DNA of 64,000 nt, from the NCBI GenBank assembly GCA_965199555.1, contig CBDASJ010000029.1:12357-76356 (forward strand). Reading direction: 5' to 3'. Made by a program: the position numbers and the translations under genes. The notes beneath the pieces were generated by a model, which saw only the letters and a program-made list of their open reading frames with translations, had not been told where the DNA came from and made no database searches. How positions within the stretch are numbered: the first letter of the stretch is position 1; every line of letters begins with the position of its first letter. The stretch is from Acetobacteraceae bacterium. GTDB taxonomy: Bacteria; Pseudomonadota; Alphaproteobacteria; Acetobacterales; Acetobacteraceae. Positions 1-11,259 of this stretch are shown here, one piece after another.

Positions 1-570
1 ACGGTGCACGAACACCTGGTGCTGCAAACCGATGACGGCTGGCGCGTCGGCTTCGTCGACCCACGCCGCTTCGGCTCGGTTCACCTGGTGCCGACCGGCG
101 CGGAAGACGCCCACCGGCTGTTGGCGGAGCTGGGGCCGGAACCGTTGGACGACGCCTTCTCCGGCGGCGTGCTAGCCCGGGCGCTGGCGGGCAAGCGCAC
201 GCCGATCAAGGCGGCGCTGCTGGACCAGCGGCTGGTCGCCGGGCTGGGCAACATCTATGTGTGCGAGGCGCTGTTCCGGGCCATGATCGCACCCGACCGG
301 CAAGCCGCCACCGTGCCGCGGGCCGGCGCCACCCGCTTGGCAGCGGCCATCAAGGCGACGTTGACGGAAGCGATCGCGGCCGGCGGCTCTTCCTTGCGGG
401 ACTACGTGCAACCGGACGGCGAACTGGGCTATTTCCAGCACGCCTGGAAGGTGTACGGGCGGGAAGGCCAGCCCTGCGAACGCTGCCCAGGACTGCCCGC
501 GTGCCCTGGCGTGGGTCGCATGGTGCAATCGGGGCGCTCGAGCTTCTACTGTCCGCGCACCCAACGCTGA
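1..570 (+). CDS. mutM: Formamidopyrimidine-DNA glycosylase (Fpg/MutM), 3' portion; 5' end lies outside the window
   Basis: The frame of ORF 4..570 is open to base 1. It has an H2TH-type stretch [23 protein letters not shown] and a C-terminal Cys-rich zinc-finger region CERC...FYCPR typical of Fpg. Its position upstream of rpsT-dnaA is common in Alphaproteobacteria. Confidence 0.88.
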   Translation, partial: TVHEHLVLQTDDGWRVGFVDPRRFGSVHLVPTGAEDAHRLLAELGPEPLDDAFSGGVLARALAGKRTPIKAALLDQRLVAGLGNIYVCEALFRAMIAPDRQAATVPRAGATRLAAAIKATLTEAIAAGGSSLRDYVQPDGELGYFQHAWKVYGREGQPCERCPGLPACPGVGRMVQSGRSSFYCPRTQR

Positions 571-608
571 GTGTTGGGCGCGCGTGCCTTGTCTGGTATG
601 GTCATCGC

Positions 609-974
609 ATGACGGTTGTGTTCGATAAGCTGTCGTTCATGCGGCACCTCGAAAGCGAGGGCACCTTTGCTCGCCCGCAGGCTGAAAAGCTGTCCGAGGC
701 CTTCCACCAGGCGATCCAGGAAACCGTTGCGACGCGCGCCGATATCGAGCGCTTGGAAGCACGGATCGACAACATGGATGCGCGGGTCGATGCCAAACTG
801 GCGGGTGTCGATGCGAAACTGGCAGGTGTCGACGCCAAACTGGCCGGGGTCGATGCCAGGATCACGAGCCTGGAAAGCAAGATCGACGCCGGCTTGGCGA
901 ACTCCAAGGTGTGGACGGTCGGTGCCGTTGCCCTGTTCAGTGCGCTGTCGGCGATCCGCTTCTTCGGGCACTGA
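609..974 (+). CDS. DUF1640-like coiled-coil protein with C-terminal transmembrane helix
   Basis: ATG 609 lies inside ORF 261..974; the upstream part overlaps mutM and looks like Arg/Gly-rich shadow. MTVVFDKLSFMRHLESEGTFARPQAEKLSEAF resembles bacterial DUF1640 N-termini. The protein has heptad repeats and a hydrophobic tail VWTVGAVALFSALSAIRFF. Confidence 0.65.
   Translation: MTVVFDKLSFMRHLESEGTFARPQAEKLSEAFHQAIQETVATRADIERLEARIDNMDARVDAKLAGVDAKLAGVDAKLAGVDARITSLESKIDAGLANSKVWTVGAVALFSALSAIRFFGH
786..860 (+). repeat. In-frame 21-bp tandem repeat, 3 full copies plus a partial one, encoding heptad VDAKLAG
   Basis: Copies are at 786-806, 807-827 and 828-848, with a partial copy at 849-860. Copies differ only at third codon positions (gat/gac, gcc/gcg, gcg/gca/gcc, ggt/ggg). 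Confidence 0.9.
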
Positions 975-1028
975 ACGCTTCCCTGCCGCCGACGACCGGG
1001 CTAGATGGGAGGCAGGGGGACAACGACC

Positions 1029-1796
1029 ATGCCGGAAATGATCCTGGTGGAAACCCACGGCGCCGTCGGGCTGGTCCGCTTGAACCGACCGACCGCGATG
1101 AACGCGCTGTGCGACCAGCTCATGGCCGAACTCGGCGCGCAACTCCTCGACTTCGATGCGGACCCGGATGTCGGCGCCATCGTGCTCACCGGTTCGGAGA
1201 AAGCGTTCGCCGCCGGCGCCGACATCAAGGAAATGCAGACACGCAGCTACCCCGGGCTGCTGCTGGATGATTTCATCGCCAAATGGGAGACGGTGCTCCG
1301 GGTCAAGAAGCCGGTGATCGCCGCCGTCGCCGGCTTCGCATTGGGCGGGGGGTGTGAAGTCGCCATGATGTGCGACTTGATCGTTTGCGCTGACACCGCG
1401 AAGTTCGGCCAGCCGGAGATCACGCTCGGGGTGATGCCCGGTGCCGGCGGCACGCAGCGCTTCACCCGCGCGGTCGGCAAGTCCAAGGCAATGGACATGT
1501 GCCTAACCGGGCGCATGATGGATGCCGCGGAAGCCGAACGCGCCAACCTCGTCAGCCGGGTGTTCCCCGCCGCCACGTTGGTGGAGGAAGCGATCAAGCT
1601 GGCCGCCAAGATCGCCAGCCAGTCACGCACCGCAAGCCTGCTCACCAAACGCGCCGTCAACGCGGCGTTCGACACGACGCTGACCCAGGGGATCGCCACC
1701 GAACGGGCGATGTTCCTGTCCCTGTTCGGCACGCCGGACCAGAAGGAAGGCATGGCCGCCTTTATCGAGAAGCGTAAGCCGACCTTCGCGACATGA
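1029..1796 (+). CDS. Enoyl-CoA hydratase/isomerase (crotonase) family protein
   Basis: ATG 1029 is preceded by AGGGGGA. MPEMILVETHGAVGLVRLNRPTAMNAL...GSEKAFAAGADIKEM...GGGCEVAMMCD is the classic crotonase fold signature. Confidence 0.85.
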   Translation: MPEMILVETHGAVGLVRLNRPTAMNALCDQLMAELGAQLLDFDADPDVGAIVLTGSEKAFAAGADIKEMQTRSYPGLLLDDFIAKWETVLRVKKPVIAAVAGFALGGGCEVAMMCDLIVCADTAKFGQPEITLGVMPGAGGTQRFTRAVGKSKAMDMCLTGRMMDAAEAERANLVSRVFPAATLVEEAIKLAAKIASQSRTASLLTKRAVNAAFDTTLTQGIATERAMFLSLFGTPDQKEGMAAFIEKRKPTFAT

Positions 1797-1927
1797 CTCC
1801 GGGGGCCTTGGCTTCCTTGACTCGCTGGCGCCGCTCCCCTTAGAACACCGCCCTCCGACGAACTGATACGCCGCACCGGCTTTTTGCCGCGCGGGACCGC
1901 ACACGCTGAGAACGAGACACAGACCCG

Positions 1928-2206
1928 ATGGCGAACACTGCTTCCGCGCGCAAGCGCATCCGTCAAACCGAGCGCCGCACGGAGCGCAACCAGGCTCGCA
2001 AGTCGCGGATGCGGACGTTCGTCAAAAAGGTCGAGACGGCGATTGCGAGCGGCGACAAGGCGCAGGCAGCCGCCGCGTTCAAGGCCGCGCAGCCGGAAAT
2101 GCAGCGGGCGGCCGGCAAGGGCATCATCCACCGCAACACGGTGGCGCGTCGCTTGTCCCGCTTGGCAAAGCGCATCAAGGGCCTGGCAGCGCCCGCTACC
2201 GCGTAA
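1928..2206 (+). CDS. rpsT: 30S ribosomal protein S20
   Basis: [36 protein letters not shown] is a typical S20 N-terminus. The product is 92 aa and the gene sits immediately upstream of dnaA. Confidence 0.95.
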   Translation: MANTASARKRIRQTERRTERNQARKSRMRTFVKKVETAIASGDKAQAAAAFKAAQPEMQRAAGKGIIHRNTVARRLSRLAKRIKGLAAPATA

Positions 2207-2257
2207 CATCGGCTGCTCGTCATCCCTGGCGATCCCTGCCAGGGCAAAGTGTGGATT

Positions 2258-2303
2258 GAAAGGCTGGCTGGTTCCCGTTGGAATCGCCCAGCCTTTTATT
2301 TTT
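2258..2303 (+). terminator. Rho-independent terminator after rpsT
   Basis: GGCTGG (2262-2267) pairs with CCAGCC (2288-2293). An inner TTCC/GGAA stem (2272-2275/2280-2283) lies between them. The T-rich run TTTTATTTTT (2294-2303) follows. Confidence 0.65.
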
Positions 2304-2459
2304 GCCTCGTGATGTAATACTTTCGTTTGTCTGTGTGGCTTGGATTCGCATTGCCTGGCCACGCACATTCACCTACACCATTACTGTGCGGTCATGTTCG
2401 ACGAGGAGGGCTTCTCCAGGTCGGCATGCCAGTGCTCGCAACGCTTGAGGCAGGTGGGG

Positions 2460-3908
2460 ATGATCACATTCGGCGGCCCGATCAACCCGCCGAATGGCAG
2501 CGACGCGGCAAATTCCATCGATGCAGACGAAGTCGGATTGGCGGCCCAATGGGCCCGCGTCTGCGACCGGCTGAAATCGGACGTGGGCGAGGTCGAGTAC
2601 CGCACCTGGCTGCGCCAGATGGCGCTGGTCGGGCAAGATGGCGACGAGGTTACCATTCGCCTGCCGACGCGCTTCCTGCGGGACTGGGTCCGCAGCCATT
2701 ACGCCGACAAGCTGACGGCGTTGTGGCGGGCGGAGAACCCAGCGGTGCACCGGGTGGATTTGCGCGTCGGCGCGGCCAGCGCCAGTCCGCCGCCGGTAGC
2801 GGAAGCCATCCCCGTGGAGCCCCTGGTGTCCGCCGCCGCGGCGCGAGCGGAAGACCGCGCGGATCCGCGCACGGCCGAACTGGCCAGCGTGCTGGACCCG
2901 CGCTTCTCCTTTGACGCATTCGTGGTCGGCAAGCCCAACGAGTTCGCCTATGCCTGCGCCCGCCGGGTGGCGGAGCACCCTGCCAGCCAGGGCTTCAACC
3001 CGCTGTTCCTGTATGGCGGGGTTGGCCTCGGCAAGACGCACCTGATGCATGCGGTCGGGCTGGAACTGTCCCGCCGCGATGTCGGCCGGCAAACCAGCGT
3101 CACCTACATGTCGGCCGAGAAGTTCATGTACCGCTTCATCGCCGCGATCCGCAGCCATTCGACCATGGACTTCAAGGACAGCATGCGCTCGGTGGACGTG
3201 CTGATGGTGGACGACGTGCAGTTCCTGATCGGCAAGGACAGCACGCAGGAGGAATTCTTCCACACCTTCAATGCCTTGGTCGACGCCGGCAAGCAGATCG
3301 TGATCTCGTCCGACAAGTCGCCGTCCGACCTGGACGTGGAGCAGAGGCTGCGCACCCGGCTGGCCTGCGGCATGGTGGCCGATCTGCACGCCACGACCTT
3401 CGAGCTGCGCGTGTCCATCCTGGAAGCAAAGGCCGCCCGCGCCGGGGTCGACGTGTCGCGCCGGGTGCTGGAGTTCCTGTCGCACAAAATCACCAGCAAC
3501 GTCCGCGAACTGGAAGGCGCGCTGAACCGCCTGCTCGCCCATGCCAGCCTGTTCGGTCGCCCGGTCACCCTGGAATCGACGCAGGAAGTGCTGCGGGACG
3601 TGCTGAAGGCGCAGGACCGGCGCGTCACGATCGAGGAAATCCAGAAGCGCGTCGCCGAGCACTACCATCTCCGCCTCAGCGAGATGAGCAGCGCGCGCCG
3701 CGCCCGTAACGTCGCCCGGCCGCGCCAGGTGGCGATGTACCTGGCCAAGCAACTCACCAGCCGCTCCCTGCCGGAGATCGGCCGCAAGTTCGGCAACCGC
3801 GACCACACCACGGTGATGCACGCCTGCTCCCGCGTGGCGGAGATCATGGGTGTGGATGCCGGCTTTGCCGAGGACGTGGAATTGCTCCGGCGCATGCTGG
3901 AAAGCTGA
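2460..3908 (+). CDS. dnaA: Chromosomal replication initiator protein DnaA
   Basis: AAA+ Walker A GGVGLGKTHLMHA, box VII and the C-terminal DNA-binding signature ...IGRKFGNRDHTTVMHA are present. Start ATG 2460 is chosen after AGGTGGGGA; alternative in-frame starts exist at 2340 and 2394. Confidence 0.95.
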   Translation: MITFGGPINPPNGSDAANSIDADEVGLAAQWARVCDRLKSDVGEVEYRTWLRQMALVGQDGDEVTIRLPTRFLRDWVRSHYADKLTALWRAENPAVHRVDLRVGAASASPPPVAEAIPVEPLVSAAAARAEDRADPRTAELASVLDPRFSFDAFVVGKPNEFAYACARRVAEHPASQGFNPLFLYGGVGLGKTHLMHAVGLELSRRDVGRQTSVTYMSAEKFMYRFIAAIRSHSTMDFKDSMRSVDVLMVDDVQFLIGKDSTQEEFFHTFNALVDAGKQIVISSDKSPSDLDVEQRLRTRLACGMVADLHATTFELRVSILEAKAARAGVDVSRRVLEFLSHKITSNVRELEGALNRLLAHASLFGRPVTLESTQEVLRDVLKAQDRRVTIEEIQKRVAEHYHLRLSEMSSARRARNVARPRQVAMYLAKQLTSRSLPEIGRKFGNRDHTTVMHACSRVAEIMGVDAGFAEDVELLRRMLES

Positions 3909-4001
3909 CGCGCCATCCGGTTGCGCCCTGCCCCGGCTCTGCTAGGTTGACAGACCGATGAGACAGCGCACCGAGTCCGGCCGCGCAGAAGGACCGAACC
4001 G

Positions 4002-5126
4002 ATGAAGCTCAAGGCCGACCGCGCCAGCCTGATCAAGGCGCTGGCCCATATCCAGAGCGTCGCCGAGAAGCGCAACACGATCCCGATCCTGGCGAATGCG
4101 CTGATCGGCGTGCGGGACGGCAAGCTGAGCTTCACCGCGACCGACATGGAGATTGCCGTGGTGGAGGAAGTCCCCGCCTCGGCCAGCCGCGACGGCGCCA
4201 CCACCGCGCCTGCGATCACCCTCTATGAGATCGTCCGCAAGCTGCCGGACGGCGCCGAGGTCGAGCTGGATTTCCCCGGTGGCGACGCGCAATTGGCGTT
4301 GCGGGCCGGGCGCTACGCCACCAGCCTGGTGACGCTGCCGACCGACGACTTCCCGTCCATGACGGCCGGGCAATTGCCGCATCGTTTCCACTTGTCCGCC
4401 CTGGCGTGGCGTGGGCTGATCGACCGCACCCGTTTCGCGATCAGCACGGAGGAAACGCGTTATTACCTGAATGGCATCTTCCTGCACGCGGCGGAAAGCG
4501 ACGACGGCCGGGTGTTGCGCGCCGTCGCCACCGACGGCCACCGCCTTGCGCGGGTGGAGGAACCGCTGCCCGAAGGCGCTGGCTCCATGCCCGGCGTGAT
4601 CGTGCCGCGCAAAACCGTGGCCGAGCTGCGCAAGCTGCTGGACGAAGCCAGTGGCGATGTGGAATGCGCGCTGTCCGATACCCGCATCCAGTTCACCGTC
4701 GGCAACGTGCAGCTCACCAGCAAGCTGATCGACGGCACGTTCCCGGAGTACGAACGCGTCATCCCGCGTGACAACGAGAAGATTCTGCGCGTTGGCAAGA
4801 AGGACTTTGCTGAAGCGGTGGGCCGCGTCGCCGCCATCAGCAGCGAACGCTCCCGCCCGGTGAAGATGTCGCTGGCGCGTGACCTACTGGTGCTGTCCGC
4901 CGCCAGCCCGGAACAAGGCACCGCCAGCGAGGAGCTGGAAGGCGACCGCGTAAAATACGAGGCCGGCCCGCTGGAGATCGGCTTCCAGGCCCGCTACCTC
5001 AACGACATCACGGACCAGATCGGCGGCGAGGTGGAGTTCCTGTTCAGCGACGGCGCGGCCCCCACCGTGGTGCGCGACGCCGGGGACAGCAGCGCGCTGT
5101 ATGTGCTGATGCCGATGCGCGTCTAG
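4002..5126 (+). CDS. dnaN: DNA polymerase III beta sliding clamp
   Basis: 374 aa with MKLKADRASLIKALAHIQSVAEKRNTIPILANALI and C-terminal ...YVLMPMRV, both typical of DnaN. The gene follows dnaA. Confidence 0.95.
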   Translation: MKLKADRASLIKALAHIQSVAEKRNTIPILANALIGVRDGKLSFTATDMEIAVVEEVPASASRDGATTAPAITLYEIVRKLPDGAEVELDFPGGDAQLALRAGRYATSLVTLPTDDFPSMTAGQLPHRFHLSALAWRGLIDRTRFAISTEETRYYLNGIFLHAAESDDGRVLRAVATDGHRLARVEEPLPEGAGSMPGVIVPRKTVAELRKLLDEASGDVECALSDTRIQFTVGNVQLTSKLIDGTFPEYERVIPRDNEKILRVGKKDFAEAVGRVAAISSERSRPVKMSLARDLLVLSAASPEQGTASEELEGDRVKYEAGPLEIGFQARYLNDITDQIGGEVEFLFSDGAAPTVVRDAGDSSALYVLMPMRV

Positions 5127-5145
5127 CCGGGCCGCGCGGCGGGGC

Positions 5146-6279
5146 GTGCAGCTCAGTCGCCTGGCGCTCACCGAGTTTCGCAACTACCCGACGCTGGTGT
5201 GGCGGCCCACGGCGCGCTTGGTGGTGGTGACCGGGCCGAACGGCAGCGGCAAGACCAACCTGCTAGAAGCGATTTCCCTGCTGGTACCGGGGCGGGGGCT
5301 GCGCAACGCGCGGCTGGCGGACCTGCCGCGGCAGGCGGGCAATGGCCGCTGGGGCGTGGCGGCCGAGTTCGCCGACGGGTTGCGGCTGGCCACCGGCACG
5401 CCGCCGGACGGCCCGGCGGAGCGGCGGGTGTTCCGGCTAGATGACGAGGCCCCAAGATCCCAGGCCGCCATTGCACAACGTTTGGCGGCTGTCTGGCTCA
5501 CCCCGCAAATGGACCGGCTGTTCGGCGAGGGGGCGTCCGGGCGCCGGCGGTTCCTGGACCGCCTGGTTTGGGCGCTGGAGCCGGGCCACGCGCGGGAGAT
5601 CGCCGCCCATGACACGGCGATGGCTGGCCGCAACCGCCTGCTGGCGCAGGGCGGCGCCGACCCGGCCTGGCTGGCCGGGCTGGAGGACAGCATGGTGCGC
5701 CACGCAGTGGCCGCCGCCGCCGCCCGGCGCATGCTTGTCGCCCGGCTGAACGACGCGCTGGAAGCGGGCGCCGCCGACCCATTCCCCGCCGCCCGCATGG
5801 CGCTGCTGGACCCGGTGGCGGAACGGCTGGACACCAGCCCCGCTTTGGCCGTGGAGGACTGGTTGCGGGCCGCCCTGCACGATGCCCGCGCACGCGATGC
5901 CGCGGCGGGGGCGGCCGGGCTGGGTGCGCACCGGGCGGACATGGCCCTGTTCGACGCGGCGTCCAGCGTGTCCGCCACGCTGTCCAGCACGGGGCAGCAA
6001 AAGGCGCTGCTGCTGGGCGTGGTGCTGGGCCATGCCGCCCTGATCACCGCATCCCGCGGCGCGCCGCCGCTGCTGCTGCTGGACGAACCGACCGTCCACC
6101 TGGATGCCGACCGCCGGCGCGACCTGCTGGCGGCGTTGACCACGCTAGGCGGCACGGTGCTGCTGACGGGCACCGACGCGGACGCCTTTGCCGGTGCGCG
6201 CGGCCATGCCGAGGGCTGGCGCACCGGCGGCAACGCGCTGCTGCCCGACCCGGCCTTTCCCCCCATCAGCCCTGTCTAA
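5146..6279 (+). CDS. recF: DNA replication and repair protein RecF
   Basis: GTG start. Walker A GPNGSGKTNLLEAI, the SMC-like signature SSTGQQKALLL and Walker B LLLLDEP are present. The position between dnaN and gyrB is conserved. Confidence 0.9.
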   Translation: MQLSRLALTEFRNYPTLVWRPTARLVVVTGPNGSGKTNLLEAISLLVPGRGLRNARLADLPRQAGNGRWGVAAEFADGLRLATGTPPDGPAERRVFRLDDEAPRSQAAIAQRLAAVWLTPQMDRLFGEGASGRRRFLDRLVWALEPGHAREIAAHDTAMAGRNRLLAQGGADPAWLAGLEDSMVRHAVAAAAARRMLVARLNDALEAGAADPFPAARMALLDPVAERLDTSPALAVEDWLRAALHDARARDAAAGAAGLGAHRADMALFDAASSVSATLSSTGQQKALLLGVVLGHAALITASRGAPPLLLLDEPTVHLDADRRRDLLAALTTLGGTVLLTGTDADAFAGARGHAEGWRTGGNALLPDPAFPPISPV

Positions 6280-6316
6280 CAGGCCGGAATGTGCCTATAT
6301 TGCAACCTGATCCTGA

Positions 6317-8779
<2,463 letters not shown>

Positions 8780-8803
8780 GCTGCTCATGTAGGGGAGATG
8801 TCG

Positions 8804-9094
8804 ATGTCTGGAGAGTACGACAGGGACTTGGCCATCGAGACGACAACGACGGCGCTCGACCGTGCGCATCGGGGTGTGCTCGCCATGGATGCCGCGGAGG
8901 TGCGCCGCGGTCTGCAACTTGCCTTGGCGGCGCTGTCCGATGTCCATGGGGCGGAGTCGGGCGGTGGCGATTCCGCGCCGCAGCCGATCGCGGCAATCAT
9001 CCAGAAGCTGACCAATGCTTTGGCCGACCTCGACCAGGGGGCGCTCGCCGAGATGGAGACCCTTATTGAGGAGGTTCGGACCTCACTCGGTTAG
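8804..9094 (+). CDS. Hypothetical small acidic helical protein
   Basis: ORF 8798..9094. The second ATG (8804) has GGGGAG 6 nt upstream. G/C-rich third codon positions support coding. I recognised no family. Confidence 0.45.
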   Translation: MSGEYDRDLAIETTTTALDRAHRGVLAMDAAEVRRGLQLALAALSDVHGAESGGGDSAPQPIAAIIQKLTNALADLDQGALAEMETLIEEVRTSLG

Positions 9095-9214
9095 AACGAC
9101 CTGCAAGCGGCAACAAGCTTTCCGCTAAGAGGGTCGCAACCGGAAGCATCGACCAGCACCGCAGGTTGCGAACGCGACGCGCGGCGCCGCCTGCGGTCCC
9201 GTTGGTGCCCGGGC

Positions 9215-10150
9215 TCAGTGTGGTTCACCAGCATAGGTTGCGGCGATTGTGAGCGTCCCGATCAGGCTCGTCACCTTCGGCGGATCGTTCAGGAGGTCGA
9301 GGACTGTTTCGGCTGGTACCGGTGGGTCCGCGGTCACCGTCATATCCAACACGTGCTGGGAGCGGGGGAAGTCCTGCGCGAAAGCCACCAGCGCGTCCAC
9401 CGTGCCGGTCGAGGCGTGGGCCAAGGGCAGGAGAGTGCGCAGCGCGGCAATCACCTGCGCCCTGATGCGCTCCGCCGCGGCGCCTGGGTCGTCCGACGGC
9501 AGATGCGTGGCCACGGACATCAAGACGAAGGCCGGAATGAAACGGCGGCTGTCCAAATGCACCTGCACGGATCGCAGCCCGGCCTCGGCAAACAGCTCCG
9601 ACCGGGTGACCCCCGCGACCACCGCGGTCAGTTGCACGTGGCCGATCGACACGCCATCCATCGACAGGCGGTGCAACGTCACCTCGCGCGTGCCAGGGTC
9701 GAAGGCGGCGTCGAACGTGATGTCAAAGGGGAACTGCTGCTGGTCGAACAGCCAGTTCACCTGAGGGCTGTCGGTGTGGAACACCAACCGGATGTTGCGC
9801 GCTTCCACCTGCACCGCCACCGCTCCCTCCGGCAGCGGGTCCCAGCGTGCGGGCAGGCCGTGTTCCGTTATGGTCTCGGCCTCGTAGCCGCGGAATGCCG
9901 GACCAAAATTCGGCAGGCCCAGGAGGTCGTAGAGATCGTGGTCGATCCGGGCCTCGGTAAAACGGCAGCCGCCGTCGCCCAAAGCCTCCACGCCGGGTCG
10001 GGACGCCATCTCGGCAGGCAATAGGTCGCGGCACCGGGCTTGCGCCGCTGTCTCGGGACTGGGCGCCACGGGGCCAGTGGACAAGGGTCCGGACTGAGCC
10101 AAGACCGGTGCGGCAACGAGCAGCAAGATGGCAACGGCGGGGCGGAGCAT
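9215..10150 (-). CDS. Hypothetical exported protein
   Basis: 311 aa with the signal-peptide-like N-terminus MLRPAVAILLLVAAPVLAQS. Codon bias is coherent. I recognised no family. Confidence 0.6.
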   Translation of the reverse strand: MLRPAVAILLLVAAPVLAQSGPLSTGPVAPSPETAAQARCRDLLPAEMASRPGVEALGDGGCRFTEARIDHDLYDLLGLPNFGPAFRGYEAETITEHGLPARWDPLPEGAVAVQVEARNIRLVFHTDSPQVNWLFDQQQFPFDITFDAAFDPGTREVTLHRLSMDGVSIGHVQLTAVVAGVTRSELFAEAGLRSVQVHLDSRRFIPAFVLMSVATHLPSDDPGAAAERIRAQVIAALRTLLPLAHASTGTVDALVAFAQDFPRSQHVLDMTVTADPPVPAETVLDLLNDPPKVTSLIGTLTIAATYAGEPH

Positions 10151-10413
10151 ATGCTAGCCTATACCAAGCCATGGAAAGGCGCCTATCGCGGCCGAGTGCA
10201 ACAGGATCGGCAGGTGCATGAAATCATGGGTTACCTCGGGACACTTGTCGGCCTGCTGCGCGATGGGAGACAGGGAACGCGCGGTGTCTCGTCGAAGCCG
10301 CAGCGACAGCGTGACCCATGTCGCCGGGAGCGCCGCCCGGGACAAGCCAAATCTGCGTCAACGTCGAGCTCAGCATAGTGGGTCGTTCATCGAGCGGAAG
10401 CAGACAAGGCACG

Positions 10414-10734
10414 CTACCCAGCCCTGCCCCGCTGCCAAGGCGCAGCAGGATCGTCCCGCCAAGCGCGCCATCCTTTCGGCAGGTCGGCCAAGTCATTCAA
10501 TGTGCCATCGCGACTCACCATGCTGCGCAGGGCCACCACGGTGGCGTCCTGCACCGTGGGGTCACCGGGTTCATTGTCATGGAACTGCCAGCCCCCATCA
10601 TCGGCATCGTGAGAGACTTGGGCGACCCAGGCGCCATCGTGGACGATGCTTCGCGTCGTGATCACGGCCAGGTTCGGAAGGTCGCCAAACCTCCAATTTT
10701 CGCCCGTGCCTTCTTTGCGCCGCCACAGCCCCAT
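10414..10734 (-). CDS. DUF2185/Imm33-like small protein
   Basis: Internal ATG 10734 of ORF 10414..10785. The motif ...SHDADDGGWQFHDNEPGDP...LADLPKGWRAWRD resembles the D-x-D/GW core I recall for DUF2185. The family assignment is from memory only. Confidence 0.45.
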   Translation of the reverse strand: MGLWRRKEGTGENWRFGDLPNLAVITTRSIVHDGAWVAQVSHDADDGGWQFHDNEPGDPTVQDATVVALRSMVSRDGTLNDLADLPKGWRAWRDDPAAPWQRGRAG

Positions 10735-10886
10735 GCTTGCGGAACAGAATGCCACTATTCGCCGGAGGCGGGGTACCAGGGACAAATGACCAGACCTTCT
10801 GCTACGGGGGGCGACACGAAACGGCCCGTGGCCGTTCGCAGGCTTTGGGATGGCCAGTGTCCGCCTGCTTGTTTAACTTCCCCGGC

Positions 10887-11192
10887 ATGGCACGCTCTCC
10901 TGCCGCCGACCTGGCGCCCCTCATCAAGCTCCTGCAAGCGGGCGTCGCGCCCCAACGCGCCGCCACGGAAATCACCCGCATCCTGGCGGTCTGGACGGCT
11001 GAATTGGCGGATGACGGCGAACAGCTCCAGGAGCGGCTATCCGGCTTGGCCGACCAGATGACGACGGGCATCGAGGAAATGCACGAGGGCATCGCCGAGG
11101 CGAGCGACAAAGGAAAGCCCACGCTGCGCCGAATACTGGCGACGCATCAAGCGGTCTTGGACGAGGTGCGGAAGGCGCAGGCGGCGGGCTAG
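10887..11192 (+). CDS. Hypothetical small helical protein
   Basis: ATG 10887 inside ORF 10737..11192 (MARSPAADLAPLIKLLQAG...). Codon bias is coherent. I recognised no family. Confidence 0.4.
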   Translation: MARSPAADLAPLIKLLQAGVAPQRAATEITRILAVWTAELADDGEQLQERLSGLADQMTTGIEEMHEGIAEASDKGKPTLRRILATHQAVLDEVRKAQAAG

Positions 11193-11198
11193 GCATTG

Positions 11199-11243
11199 CA
11201 CCGGCTCGCCGGAAGCGCTTTTGCAGAACACGCTTCGCCGGTG
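11199..11243. terminator. Imperfect hairpin between convergent genes (possible bidirectional terminator)
   Basis: CACCGGC (11199-11205) pairs with GCCGGTG (11237-11243), and GAAGCG pairs with CGCTTC inside. A left-arm bulge is present and there is no clear U-tract. Confidence 0.3.
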
Positions 11244-11259
11244 GAAGTGACGGGCGCCG

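Noticed and set aside
786-860. Possible CRISPR-like or non-coding VNTR array
   Set aside because: The units are contiguous with no spacers. They are in frame within a coding sequence and encode a heptad repeat, so this is not a CRISPR array.
1817-1845. Sigma70-type promoter for rpsT (TTGACT, 17-nt spacer, TTAGAA)
   Set aside because: The -35 is good but the -10 matches the consensus at only 2 of 6 positions. That is not enough support to list it as a feature.
2207-2459. Calling this region oriC
   Set aside because: It has only two weak DnaA-box-like 9-mers (7/9 and 6/9) and a short AT-rich patch that also serves as the terminator tail and promoter. Alphaproteobacterial origins are often elsewhere. 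I kept it as a low-interest finding, not a feature.
9134-9171. 8-bp stem (TCGCAACC / GGTTGCGA) between convergent genes as a terminator
   Set aside because: It has a 22-nt loop and no U-tract on either strand. It is too weak to call.
10151-10413. ORFs 10154..10345 (-), 10218..10661 (+) and 10224..10496 (-) in the gap between the exported protein and the DUF2185-like gene
   Set aside because: These are mutually overlapping frames with Arg/Ser/Cys-rich products, no RBS and no family resemblance. I treated the region as intergenic.
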